Shown piece by piece: positions 10,036-18,778 of a stretch of 64,000 nt of DNA (positions are counted from its first letter, which is position 1; the number at the start of each line of letters is the position of its first letter). The stretch comes from Clostridia bacterium (GTDB lineage: Bacteria; Bacillota; Clostridia; UBA1212; DUPL01). The position numbers and the translations under genes were made by a program. The notes below the pieces were generated by a model. It was given only the letters and a program-made list of their open reading frames with translations, did no database searches and was not told where the DNA came from. Location: assembly GCA_050951325.1 (NCBI GenBank), contig JBMNIW010000004.1, forward strand, positions 105,173-169,172, in the 5' to 3' direction.

Positions 10036-11020
10036 TAATGACCTCCTGTAGTTTAACCAACATAAGTTCGCAAGACAGCTTGAAGTTGACATTTCTTCCT
10101 ATGCGTTTCCACGTAGCATCAACAACTTCAATGCACTCCTTGGCTTTATGGTAGCCTAGTTTGCGTGCAAGGCCGTAAAGCTCCTTATCGTAACCTGCAT
10201 TTTGTATTTTCACATTCCGTGAATATCTGGACATAATCATTATGTCCCTGTATATAGACATAAAGGTATAAAATACAAAATCCCTCTTATCCTGATATCC
10301 CTCAATAACCTTCATCGCTTGCTTTCTTTCAGCGACACCGCCGCTTGTAACCTTAACAACACTATTTATGATATCCTTTCTTAACACTTCCACATCAGAA
10401 TCAATAAGCGATAGAGCACGTCCGGGAATTCCGTCCGCATAAGAATATATCATGTCGTTAGATTCCACACCGTTTCTCTTAAATATTTCTCCTATCTCTT
10501 CGTCAGTATTCCTGGAAAAATCCATTCTGCTCAATCTTGATTTAACCGTCTCCAACAAAAGGGACACATTCTGGCAAACAAGCACAAGCACTACATATTC
10601 CGGCGGTTCCTCCAATGTTTTTAAAAGAGCATTCTGCGCCTGTACAGTCATTTTCTCCGCATTATTTATCACATAAAAACTCCTCCTCCCATAAAGAGGA
10701 GCTCTTGTCATCGATTCCTGTATTTCTCGTATCGCATCTATTCCAATAGCATTTTTGCCCTCAGGCTCGGATATAATTTTGTAGTCCGGATTCGTATCGC
10801 TTCCATGCAATTTACAGCTGGTGCAAACACCGCATACTTCGCCTCTATTTGTTGTTTCTCCCATGCACATAACCAGCTGGGCAAACCTTTTTGCGATGCT
10901 TTTACGACCAATCCCTTCAGGACCAACAAACAGATAGGCATGTCCTATCCTGCCCGACTCTGCAATATCGAGCAAGGTCCTTTTCACTTTATCCTGCCCT
11001 GCTATATCTTCAAAAACCAT
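10028..11020 (-). CDS. holB: DNA polymerase III delta' subunit
   Basis: HAYLFVGPEGIG, zinc motif CGVCTSC, AQNALLKTLEEPP; syntenic with ricT. Confidence 0.92.
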   Translation of the reverse strand: MVFEDIAGQDKVKRTLLDIAESGRIGHAYLFVGPEGIGRKSIAKRFAQLVMCMGETTNRGEVCGVCTSCKLHGSDTNPDYKIISEPEGKNAIGIDAIREIQESMTRAPLYGRRSFYVINNAEKMTVQAQNALLKTLEEPPEYVVLVLVCQNVSLLLETVKSRLSRMDFSRNTDEEIGEIFKRNGVESNDMIYSYADGIPGRALSLIDSDVEVLRKDIINSVVKVTSGGVAERKQAMKVIEGYQDKRDFVFYTFMSIYRDIMIMSRYSRNVKIQNAGYDKELYGLARKLGYHKAKECIEVVDATWKRIGRNVNFKLSCELMLVKLQEVIND

Positions 11021-11045
11021 GATATATCTTTAAATAATGCCTCCA

Positions 11046-11381
11046 TTAATACTTCTGAAATCTTTCAACATCAAGTACAAATACTGTCGCTCCGCCTACA
11101 GTTACTTCTACCGGGTATGACATGTATACCCCTCCTCCAATGGCGGAACTATTGGTGACTGAAGAATCTATAATCTGTTTTCGACTTCTTGATTTTGACT
11201 CAATTATCTGCAGCACCTGATCCACGCGGGACTCGTCAACACCAACCAGCAGTGTGGTATTTCCTGACTTCAAGAATCCACCTGATGAACACATTTTGGT
11301 TACCATAAAACCATTTTTATTTAGTTCATCCATTACTCTTGGTGCATCGTCATCGTGCACAATCGCCAATACCAGTTTCAT
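11046..11381 (-). CDS. darA: PII-like cyclic-di-AMP receptor (YaaQ/DarA)
   Basis: MKLVLAIVHDDD, SSGGFLKSGNTT and VGGATVFV motifs. Confidence 0.93.
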   Translation of the reverse strand: MKLVLAIVHDDDAPRVMDELNKNGFMVTKMCSSGGFLKSGNTTLLVGVDESRVDQVLQIIESKSRSRKQIIDSSVTNSSAIGGGVYMSYPVEVTVGGATVFVLDVERFQKY

Positions 11382-11410
11382 AAGCTTGCCCTCCTAACAT
11401 TGGATTAGCT

Positions 11411-12811
11411 CTATTTTATCACATTTATCCTTTCAATACAATAACTCCGACATATATCGGCATGGGCATCGTTTATTCTGTCATATGGGAAAATTACCGG
11501 TATTCCGGGAGGATATGGTATAACAAACTGACTGCTTATCCTGCCGACGGCTTCCTTAACATCAACAGTCTCATACTCAAGATTCATGTATGTTTCAAAG
11601 TTGGGAAGATTTATCTCCCTAATCTCGCCCTTGTACACCCTTATACTCTTCTCTTCAACCTCTACCTTTGACAGTTCGTCATAGACTGACACAAGAGTAT
11701 CAAAAAGCCTTTCAATAACATCTTTATCATCTGCGCATGTCAATATGAAAACAACGCAGTTGTCATTGTACATCTCGCAATATACTCCCCTGTCAGCCAG
11801 CATTCTTGCAAAATGGACGCCCTTCCCTTTTACACATACAACAAGCCTTGTAATGTCCTTTTCAAAGCCACAGCCGTCAAATATTATGTAATCCTCATAC
11901 TTCTCAAGACGTGAAACAAAGTCATTGAGGCTGTCTGCAAGCTCATCAAGTCTCTCTCTGCCCATATTTTTCATATACTCTCTTGTGAAATCCAGCGTGG
12001 CCAGTATTAAAAAGCTCGGGCTTGTCGTTTCTATAACCTTTAACGCCCTGAAAACCTTATCCTTGTACTTGTTGTCTGCAATATGCAAGAACGCACCCTG
12101 ATTCAATGACTGCAACGTTTTATGGGCACTCTGCACACACATGTCGCACCCCTGGCTCAGTGCACTTTCAGGAATTTTCTTGTTAAAACCAAAATGACCA
12201 CCGTGGGCTTCATCCACAAGAACCACGCCTTTATTCTCATGTATGATTTCTGATATGGCTGCCAGGTCTGCACAGACTCCGTAATAGTTGGGTCTTGTCA
12301 TAACAATCCCCTTTGAATCAGGAAACATTTCATACGCTTTTCTTACATCCTCCGGTGTAATTGCCAGTGGAATCAATGTATCCTCATCCACTTTAACAGG
12401 CACAACAACCACATTGCAGCCAGTTACCATTAAAGCATTGAATACGGACATATGACAGTCAGAAGATACAAAAACCGTATCCCCCCTTCTGAAGGATGAA
12501 TAAATCATCGCATGAACACCGCAGGTGGAACCATTCACCAAAAAGAAGGAAGATGCAGCACCATAGGTTGACGCTGTAAGTTCCATCGCCTTTAATATTG
12601 CACCTTTGGGGTCATGCAGACTGTCAACTCCTAATGTTTCAGTTACATCATGTTTTGCAACTTCCGCAAGATTTCTTAAAAAGGACGAGTATTCCTCTGT
12701 CAGGAAAGGATGGGAATAAGAAAAAAGCATGCCCGCTTTATGACCGGGCATGTGCATTGATATTTTCTCCTTTTTCGCATGTTGAACAAGCATGTCAACT
12801 ATTGGCATCAT
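11411..12811 (-). CDS. PLP-dependent Arg/Lys/Orn decarboxylase (YaaO-like)
   Basis: HMPGHK, FLVNGST, VDEAHG, QSAHKT (PLP lysine) and PYPPGIP motifs. Confidence 0.9.
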   Translation of the reverse strand: MMPIVDMLVQHAKKEKISMHMPGHKAGMLFSYSHPFLTEEYSSFLRNLAEVAKHDVTETLGVDSLHDPKGAILKAMELTASTYGAASSFFLVNGSTCGVHAMIYSSFRRGDTVFVSSDCHMSVFNALMVTGCNVVVVPVKVDEDTLIPLAITPEDVRKAYEMFPDSKGIVMTRPNYYGVCADLAAISEIIHENKGVVLVDEAHGGHFGFNKKIPESALSQGCDMCVQSAHKTLQSLNQGAFLHIADNKYKDKVFRALKVIETTSPSFLILATLDFTREYMKNMGRERLDELADSLNDFVSRLEKYEDYIIFDGCGFEKDITRLVVCVKGKGVHFARMLADRGVYCEMYNDNCVVFILTCADDKDVIERLFDTLVSVYDELSKVEVEEKSIRVYKGEIREINLPNFETYMNLEYETVDVKEAVGRISSQFVIPYPPGIPVIFPYDRINDAHADICRSYCIERINVIK

Positions 12812-13968
12812 ATTCTTGCTACACCTGTATCTCTTGCAGCCTGTGCTACAGCTTCCGCAACAACCCTTGCCACATCCTTGTTGAAAGGATCGGGTATTAC
12901 ATAATCGGGATTAAGCTCGTTTTCGTGAATCAGATCCGCCAAAGCCTTTGCTGCTGCAATTTTCATTTCATCATTTATATCGCTGGCCCTTACATCAAGC
13001 GCACCTCTGAAAATGCCCGGGAATGCAAGGACATTGTTAATCTGATTAGGAAAATCGCTTCTGCCGGTGCCAACCACACGGGCTCCTGCATTCTTTGCAT
13101 CATCAGGCAAAATCTCAGGAATGGGATTTGCAAGAGCAAATATCACAGGTTCCTCTGCCATGGACTGAACCATCTCAGGAGTAACCATGTTCGGACCCGA
13201 CACACCTATAAATACATCTGCGCCCTTGATTACTTCTGCAAGAGTTCCTTTTTTCATTTGAGTGTTGGTAATGTCAGCCATCATGACCTTTTCACTGTTC
13301 AAATCTTCCCTGCCTTTGTAGATGGCGCCCTTTCTGTCACACAGGACAACATTTTTAAGCCCCATGGACATGAGAAGCTTTGTAATGGCTATACCGGCAG
13401 CTCCACTGCCATTCACAACCACTTCGACATCCTCCAGCTTCTTGTTGACGATTTTAAGGCCATTCAACATGGCAGCAAGAACAACAACAGCCGTTCCATG
13501 CTGGTCGTCATGGAATATGGGGATATCGCATACTTCCTTCAACCTTCTCTCTATTTCAAAACATCTTGGTGCTGAAATGTCTTCCAGATTCACGCCGCCA
13601 AAACTGCCGGACAAAAGACTGATAGTCTTGACTATCTCATCCACATCTTTTGAGCGAATACAAAGAGGAATTGCATCCACATCTCCAAATTCCTTGAAAA
13701 GAACGCATTTTCCTTCCATAACTGGCATTCCTGCTTCAGGACCAATGTCGCCAAGGCCGAGTACGGCAGTACCGTCCGTTACAACACATACAGTGTTCCA
13801 TCTTCTTGTGTAAATATAGGATTTGTCAACATCCTTGCTTATTTCCTTGCAGGGCTCTGCAACTCCTGGTGTATAGGCCACAGCAAGCTCGTCTCTGTTA
13901 CTTACCTGCGCCCTTACCTTTACCTCTATTTTACCTTGCCATTCTTCATGCTTTTTTAGTGCGTCCAT
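12808..13968 (-). CDS. NAD(P)-dependent malic enzyme
   Basis: AYTPGVA, TDGTAVLGLGDIG, FHDDQHGTA and GRSDFPNQINNVLAFPGIFRG motifs. Confidence 0.95.
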   Translation of the reverse strand: MDALKKHEEWQGKIEVKVRAQVSNRDELAVAYTPGVAEPCKEISKDVDKSYIYTRRWNTVCVVTDGTAVLGLGDIGPEAGMPVMEGKCVLFKEFGDVDAIPLCIRSKDVDEIVKTISLLSGSFGGVNLEDISAPRCFEIERRLKEVCDIPIFHDDQHGTAVVVLAAMLNGLKIVNKKLEDVEVVVNGSGAAGIAITKLLMSMGLKNVVLCDRKGAIYKGREDLNSEKVMMADITNTQMKKGTLAEVIKGADVFIGVSGPNMVTPEMVQSMAEEPVIFALANPIPEILPDDAKNAGARVVGTGRSDFPNQINNVLAFPGIFRGALDVRASDINDEMKIAAAKALADLIHENELNPDYVIPDPFNKDVARVVAEAVAQAARDTGVARI

Positions 13969-13984
13969 AAATACCCTCCATAAA

Positions 13985-14275
13985 TTATAGTCCTAGCTTT
14001 AAAGCCATTATTTCTTTAATTTCCAAATCTATTTCCTTTTCTATTCTTGCTATATCTTTTGCAATATCTTCTATGGTTTCCTCAACCTTGATTTTTTTGA
14101 AATCTTTCGTGTGGGTCCGGGTTTGCTTGCCGGACTTTGCGTAGTTTTCATTTCTCCTTGCTCCAGAGACATTCTTCCTATTTTCGTTTATGCCCTGCTC
14201 GGTATCCTTATCCATTCTTCTTCTATGATTGGGAGCTCTTCGATTGTTCTTACCCCTGTTAATATTCTCCGACAT
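13985..14275 (-). CDS. Hypothetical basic protein with C-terminal coiled coil
   Basis: 96-aa ORF with GGAGG SD, overlapping the upstream ORF. Confidence 0.65.
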   Translation of the reverse strand: MSENINRGKNNRRAPNHRRRMDKDTEQGINENRKNVSGARRNENYAKSGKQTRTHTKDFKKIKVEETIEDIAKDIARIEKEIDLEIKEIMALKLGL

Positions 14276-14867
14276 CCAACTGCCTCCATTTCCTTATGGT
14301 AATAATCTCATTGTCATCATTGTTGATATATACATTAAATCTATTACACTCTTCTTTAATGTATTTTCCCTCTTCCACCAGCACGTCATAATATCTTTCA
14401 AGTGCCAAATCATCAAAAAACGAAAACTCTTCCCTTACTTTATACAACACCCTGTTCAAATACAAATTTTCAGAACAATCGTACAAAATGGGTTCGTCCC
14501 GCCTCCTGTCAAAATCCTCAATCTGATGTGGTAGCAAGGTGCATTGTATCAGGCATTCGGGTTTTCTGTAAGTACCGAGCCTGTACTCACGGATGGGAAC
14601 AAGACTTGATTCATAAAGAGACATATTCTCCTCATCATACAGCGCTCCTTCCGCTATGTAGGAAGCATCATCAGGCGCTTTTATTTTCACGGCCTTGTAG
14701 GTATCATCATAAAACTTTGTGCTGTCGGCAGGATGCAGATACGTGAGAAGAAATCTTTTTTTGAATTCATTTACCGTTATCTCCCTCTCGAAATACTGGT
14801 TCAGTTTTATGCCGCAATCCATTACTTCCTCAGCGCTGTCAATTTTTGTAAAATAAAACACCTTCAA
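14259..14867 (-). CDS. Hypothetical protein
   Basis: 202-aa ORF with TTG start and GGAGGAG SD. Confidence 0.75.
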   Translation of the reverse strand: MKVFYFTKIDSAEEVMDCGIKLNQYFEREITVNEFKKRFLLTYLHPADSTKFYDDTYKAVKIKAPDDASYIAEGALYDEENMSLYESSLVPIREYRLGTYRKPECLIQCTLLPHQIEDFDRRRDEPILYDCSENLYLNRVLYKVREEFSFFDDLALERYYDVLVEEGKYIKEECNRFNVYINNDDNEIITIRKWRQLDVGEY

Positions 14868-14938
14868 TGTATGACTCCTCCCATGCCGATCTCAATTAGA
14901 GATTATAGCAAAAACAAGGAGTTATTGCAAATAAAACG

Positions 14939-15430
14939 TCAAATATTAATGCTGAAACCCGATACACTTAAAAAACTTTCTTGTTCAGATACCAGAAATA
15001 CGTAAATGCCATCACCCAGCTCATTAAAAAAAGAATCCTCCACCCCATTATATGCAATTTCTATCCTCGCTGCCTTATCGATCAGCATATTCAAGACCCG
15101 GTTTACACAAACTGACCTTTCATCATCTTCAACATAAACAGTTTCTGATTCGCTTTCCGTCATGCCTGCAACAACGTCCTCGTAAACAAATATCATAACC
15201 TTGACATTTTGAGATGTAGGAAGAGCCTTCACACTTTCAAAGCATTTATCTCTGTCAAGCACCAGATTTCCGTCATCAAAGGAAATACAGTTAACAATCT
15301 CTCTGCCTAATAGATTCAAATTCCTTTTTTCGTCCCGCTTTAAAAATCCTTCATTAATAGTATTAATGCCCGTTAATGCAATCATCAAAAACATCCAGAT
15401 TGCAACAACCCATGCAACCAGCTGATGCAT
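14939..15430 (-). CDS. Pilin-like protein (single N-terminal TM), last gene of Tad-like operon
   Basis: N-terminal hydrophobic helix plus small soluble domain; operon context. Confidence 0.6.
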   Translation of the reverse strand: MHQLVAWVVAIWMFLMIALTGINTINEGFLKRDEKRNLNLLGREIVNCISFDDGNLVLDRDKCFESVKALPTSQNVKVMIFVYEDVVAGMTESESETVYVEDDERSVCVNRVLNMLIDKAARIEIAYNGVEDSFFNELGDGIYVFLVSEQESFLSVSGFSINI

Positions 15431-15438
15431 ATTACCAC

Positions 15439-15849
15439 CTACGCAATTATCGAAACCTTAACACCTGCAGGTCTTAAGACCACTCCGGTAACCTTTTCGA
15501 AAATGGAAGGCTCCAGGCTGTACGCCACAATCGTAAGCCTGTCGCCTGGATCAAGCTTTCTATTCAATATGTCTTCAATTTTGTAATATGTATCTGTCTG
15601 ACCGGCCATAACACAGACCTCCAGCTTCATTTCAACACAAAAGTCTCCCATTTTTGACAGGTCTTCGTTCAGATACGCCCAAACCTCGTCCGACAACATT
15701 CCTTTTGTGCTGACAGTTTCAGCCACATCAAACAAAAGATCGTTGGTTCTTTCATTGACACCCGCATATATGCAAAATGATACGCCCGACAATATCAAAT
15801 ACACAAATACGAATATCGAAAGAAAGTTAGCAATAACCTTGCCGGCCAT
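15439..15849 (-). CDS. TadE-like minor pilin
   Basis: MAGKVIA followed by a TM helix; operon context; GGAGG SD. Confidence 0.6.
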   Translation of the reverse strand: MAGKVIANFLSIFVFVYLILSGVSFCIYAGVNERTNDLLFDVAETVSTKGMLSDEVWAYLNEDLSKMGDFCVEMKLEVCVMAGQTDTYYKIEDILNRKLDPGDRLTIVAYSLEPSIFEKVTGVVLRPAGVKVSIIA

Positions 15850-15874
15850 CCAGACACCTCCCTAAAAAAATCGC

Positions 15875-16237
15875 CTACGCAGTTGCCTGTGATTCAATCA
15901 CAAACAGTATTTCCTTCAACGAACCGTCTTCCTTGTAGGTTTTGGTCATCCTGTACAGAGCGGTATCACTGACCTTATCAATGTCATCCATTGTCGCTTC
16001 CTGCTGGCTATCATCAAGATACACCTTTATGCCAAGCAATGCGGCATTCTTGATATAATATTTTACAGTATTCTTTGACACCAGCGAGCTGTCATTAATC
16101 ATCATGTTTAGCCTTGTCTGATCCGCACTCACAATGTCGGATGTGTCCCTAAAACCACTCATCTGTCCAATAACTGCATAACTTATCAAACCCAAAGTTA
16201 GAACAATAATAACTATGGAAGCAATTACCTTCTCCAT
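15875..16237 (-). CDS. Pilin-like protein (MEKVIA N-terminus)
   Basis: Start placed at the ATG of MEKVIA after an AAGGGGA SD; TM helix; paralogous to 16251-16661. Confidence 0.65.
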   Translation of the reverse strand: MEKVIASIVIIVLTLGLISYAVIGQMSGFRDTSDIVSADQTRLNMMINDSSLVSKNTVKYYIKNAALLGIKVYLDDSQQEATMDDIDKVSDTALYRMTKTYKEDGSLKEILFVIESQATA

Positions 16238-16250
16238 CAATATTCCCCTT

Positions 16251-16661
16251 TCAATTTGATTGATCAATCATGGTTACCTGGACACGAATCACTTTTCCAT
16301 CATGTCCGGTTTGCTTGTTCAACTTGAACATTGCTCTTGAAGACAGCGACTCCATGTCTTTTGCTATCACTTGCTTGAATTCATTGTTTATCACCGAGTC
16401 TGTGTTCGGTACTACAAAACACTTGATATTATTTGATTCATACACAAATTCATATTCAAGCTTGTCCATATTATCAAAATATCTTTGAACTTCCTCTTTA
16501 CCGATTATGCTCCCATCTTTTACTCTTAAATTTAGTGCAGATGCGTCACTGCCTATGTGGTCTGAAATGTCCTTGTACTGACTGTTGACCTGGAACAAGC
16601 CATATCCAATCAGGCCAACAGTAACAACCAGTAAAACACATAAAGCAATTACCTTTTCCAA
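16251..16661 (-). CDS. Pilin-like protein (MEKVIA N-terminus)
   Basis: TTG start after a G-rich SD; TM helix; paralogous to the downstream ORF. Confidence 0.65.
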   Translation of the reverse strand: MEKVIALCVLLVVTVGLIGYGLFQVNSQYKDISDHIGSDASALNLRVKDGSIIGKEEVQRYFDNMDKLEYEFVYESNNIKCFVVPNTDSVINNEFKQVIAKDMESLSSRAMFKLNKQTGHDGKVIRVQVTMIDQSN

Positions 16662-16767
16662 TTAGTACATCCCCCCGTATGTTTTTATCAGGTTTGGGAT
16701 ATACTTGCCAAGGACAAAGCTTCCCCCCAACAACTTCGCCTTCAGGCAAGCATCTCCAACAACCTTT

Positions 16768-17163
16768 TCATTTCATGGATGTAAACTCAATTTCGACAAT
16801 GCCGGCACTTTCATCAGAGCGCATTATCCTTACTTCAAACACACCCTGCGGGTCTATTGGATAAGTATCAGGATCGTATGCCTCCCCCTCATAAACACAA
16901 GATCCGTTTATCATATCCCAAACCCTTATAACCGCACCTCCTTTTAATTCATAATACCGGATTGCCGCTATTACATCCGTGCCCAGACATTTTGAGCCAT
17001 CCCGTAGATTGGGCAGCATCACCTCCTTTATCTTTTCACTGTAATCGGCCTTTTCAGCCATGGTATTCAGAAGGGCGCTGTTCTGCTGGTATAAAGGTAT
17101 GATAAATATTAATAAAGACAAAACCAGCGCACCTATTACCACCTCTGCCACAACCTTGTCCAT
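16768..17163 (-). CDS. Pilin-like protein (MDKVVA N-terminus)
   Basis: TM helix at the N-terminus; directly follows the TadC-like gene. Confidence 0.6.
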   Translation of the reverse strand: MDKVVAEVVIGALVLSLLIFIIPLYQQNSALLNTMAEKADYSEKIKEVMLPNLRDGSKCLGTDVIAAIRYYELKGGAVIRVWDMINGSCVYEGEAYDPDTYPIDPQGVFEVRIMRSDESAGIVEIEFTSMK

Positions 17164-17167
17164 AACA

Positions 17168-17815
17168 TCACCATCCAAAACCGCTAATTTCCAGCATCTC
17201 TATCCAAGGTGCCAGCAAATATAATACAAGCACCGTTAAGGCAACAAACAATCCCAACACTCCAACTATATTGATTATCTCAACTTTCTTCTTTACTTTC
17301 CTTATGCTCTCCCTTTTCTCCCTAGCAAAATCATCCTTTATAGTTTTTACTGACAAATCAAAATCATAGTTGCATGCCATGTCAAGTTTTTCATAAAAAA
17401 GCTTGACTTCCAAATCCTTTGCACTGGCCTTAAGTTCCTGGTAGAATATTTCAGTGTCAGTACTGCTTTTCTGGTGAGCTTCATATATCGCCACAAGATC
17501 CTTTTTAAAATGCTCCGACCTTGCTATCAGTGATTTCATGAGTTTTCCAAAGTCTACTGGTTTTACACTGCCGCATATAACAAACAGCTTTTTTAGAAAG
17601 TACAGCTCTTTTGCAAGTTTCGTCTTTAGATATACCTTTTTTAAAGACCTGTAGACCTCGGGCAAAAAGTAGCCAACACAGCTTGCAATAATGATTCTGT
17701 ATATGTAAAGTAACTTGTTAATACCATTATCCACCATCAAATCTGTAAAAAACATGGACAAGCCAAATATGAGACATACTCCCATACAAACAACATTCGC
17801 CTTTATACTTCTCAT
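17168..17815 (-). CDS. TadC-like platform membrane protein
   Basis: TM-TM-cytoplasmic helical domain-TM topology; second membrane gene after the ATPase. Confidence 0.6.
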   Translation of the reverse strand: MRSIKANVVCMGVCLIFGLSMFFTDLMVDNGINKLLYIYRIIIASCVGYFLPEVYRSLKKVYLKTKLAKELYFLKKLFVICGSVKPVDFGKLMKSLIARSEHFKKDLVAIYEAHQKSSTDTEIFYQELKASAKDLEVKLFYEKLDMACNYDFDLSVKTIKDDFAREKRESIRKVKKKVEIINIVGVLGLFVALTVLVLYLLAPWIEMLEISGFGW

Positions 17816-17818
17816 TCT

Positions 17819-18778
17819 CTACGACCTCTCTATAACAAATATGAGAAAAGCAAACCCAACAAGAATCGCATAGTACACAAGTCCAAGCATTATGCCTCCC
17901 CTGCCTGAATAAAACTGAATCGACTCCGCTCCTAATACCTTTTCATTAAAAATCCTCGCTGCAGGCACTGCAAAGGCAAAGGCAAGTCCCATTCCAATAT
18001 ACCCAAGAGCTGCAGCACTCAAGTCTTTACTGTTTTCTATGTCATCTATGATGTCTTCAAGCATGTCGTTGAACTGTCCCTTAACAACCTCGTCCCCGCC
18101 GTTGTAATATGCATGCCAGATAAGCTCCAGTAGAAGAGACATATGTATGTTGGAATACTTTCCATCAATAGCGCTGAAGGTGTCCTTTATCCTATCCATA
18201 TCATTCTGCTTCAGTGCATCGTATATCCTAATCATATCGCCCCTGATGCTCTTGTGGAAATCCTCGATGCTGACACCTATACACTTCACAATATTATTTA
18301 GGCTTGCATATCTTGCACTCAAAATCCTCAAGGTTTCAGGCATATGGCTTAAAAACCTTTTGTTGGCATACGACGCAAGGAATATAAGGCCGAGACAGAC
18401 AATGGATGCAAATAGAAGAAGGTAAAACATTGCAATATACCATAGAGGAAAGAACACCACTGTCAAAACGCCTGCAAGTATCAGAAAAACCAAGACAAAC
18501 AGAATCAAAAACAACGTAGCATATCTCATGTTCACTGCATAGGATTTGGCATTGAATATGGAGAGTTTTAGAGACAGATCTTTCATCAGCCTTGCCAGGA
18601 ATCTCGATCTGGCAAGAAAAGTACACATACTGTCAACTCTCTTTTCAAACAGGAGTTTTGAATCAACATTTCCATATTTTACTCTGTCTTTGAACTTGAC
18701 TGCATGATATACACCATATGAAATTACCATCACTCCACTTGTGGTGCATATGAATACCAAAGGCAAATACTCAACCAT
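17819..18778 (-). CDS. TadB-like platform membrane protein
   Basis: Multi-TM protein with a T2SSF-like cytoplasmic segment (FLSHMPETLRIL); directly follows the ATPase. Confidence 0.65.
   Translation of the reverse strand: MVEYLPLVFICTTSGVMVISYGVYHAVKFKDRVKYGNVDSKLLFEKRVDSMCTFLARSRFLARLMKDLSLKLSIFNAKSYAVNMRYATLFLILFVLVFLILAGVLTVVFFPLWYIAMFYLLLFASIVCLGLIFLASYANKRFLSHMPETLRILSARYASLNNIVKCIGVSIEDFHKSIRGDMIRIYDALKQNDMDRIKDTFSAIDGKYSNIHMSLLLELIWHAYYNGGDEVVKGQFNDMLEDIIDDIENSKDLSAAALGYIGMGLAFAFAVPAARIFNEKVLGAESIQFYSGRGGIMLGLVYYAILVGFAFLIFVIERS

Noticed and set aside
9394-10038. 214-aa + strand ORF and the many other short overlapping ORFs in the track
   Set aside because: Lie opposite or within well-supported genes.
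12598-13575. 325-aa + strand ORF
   Set aside because: Antisense shadow of the malic enzyme gene; no motifs or SD.
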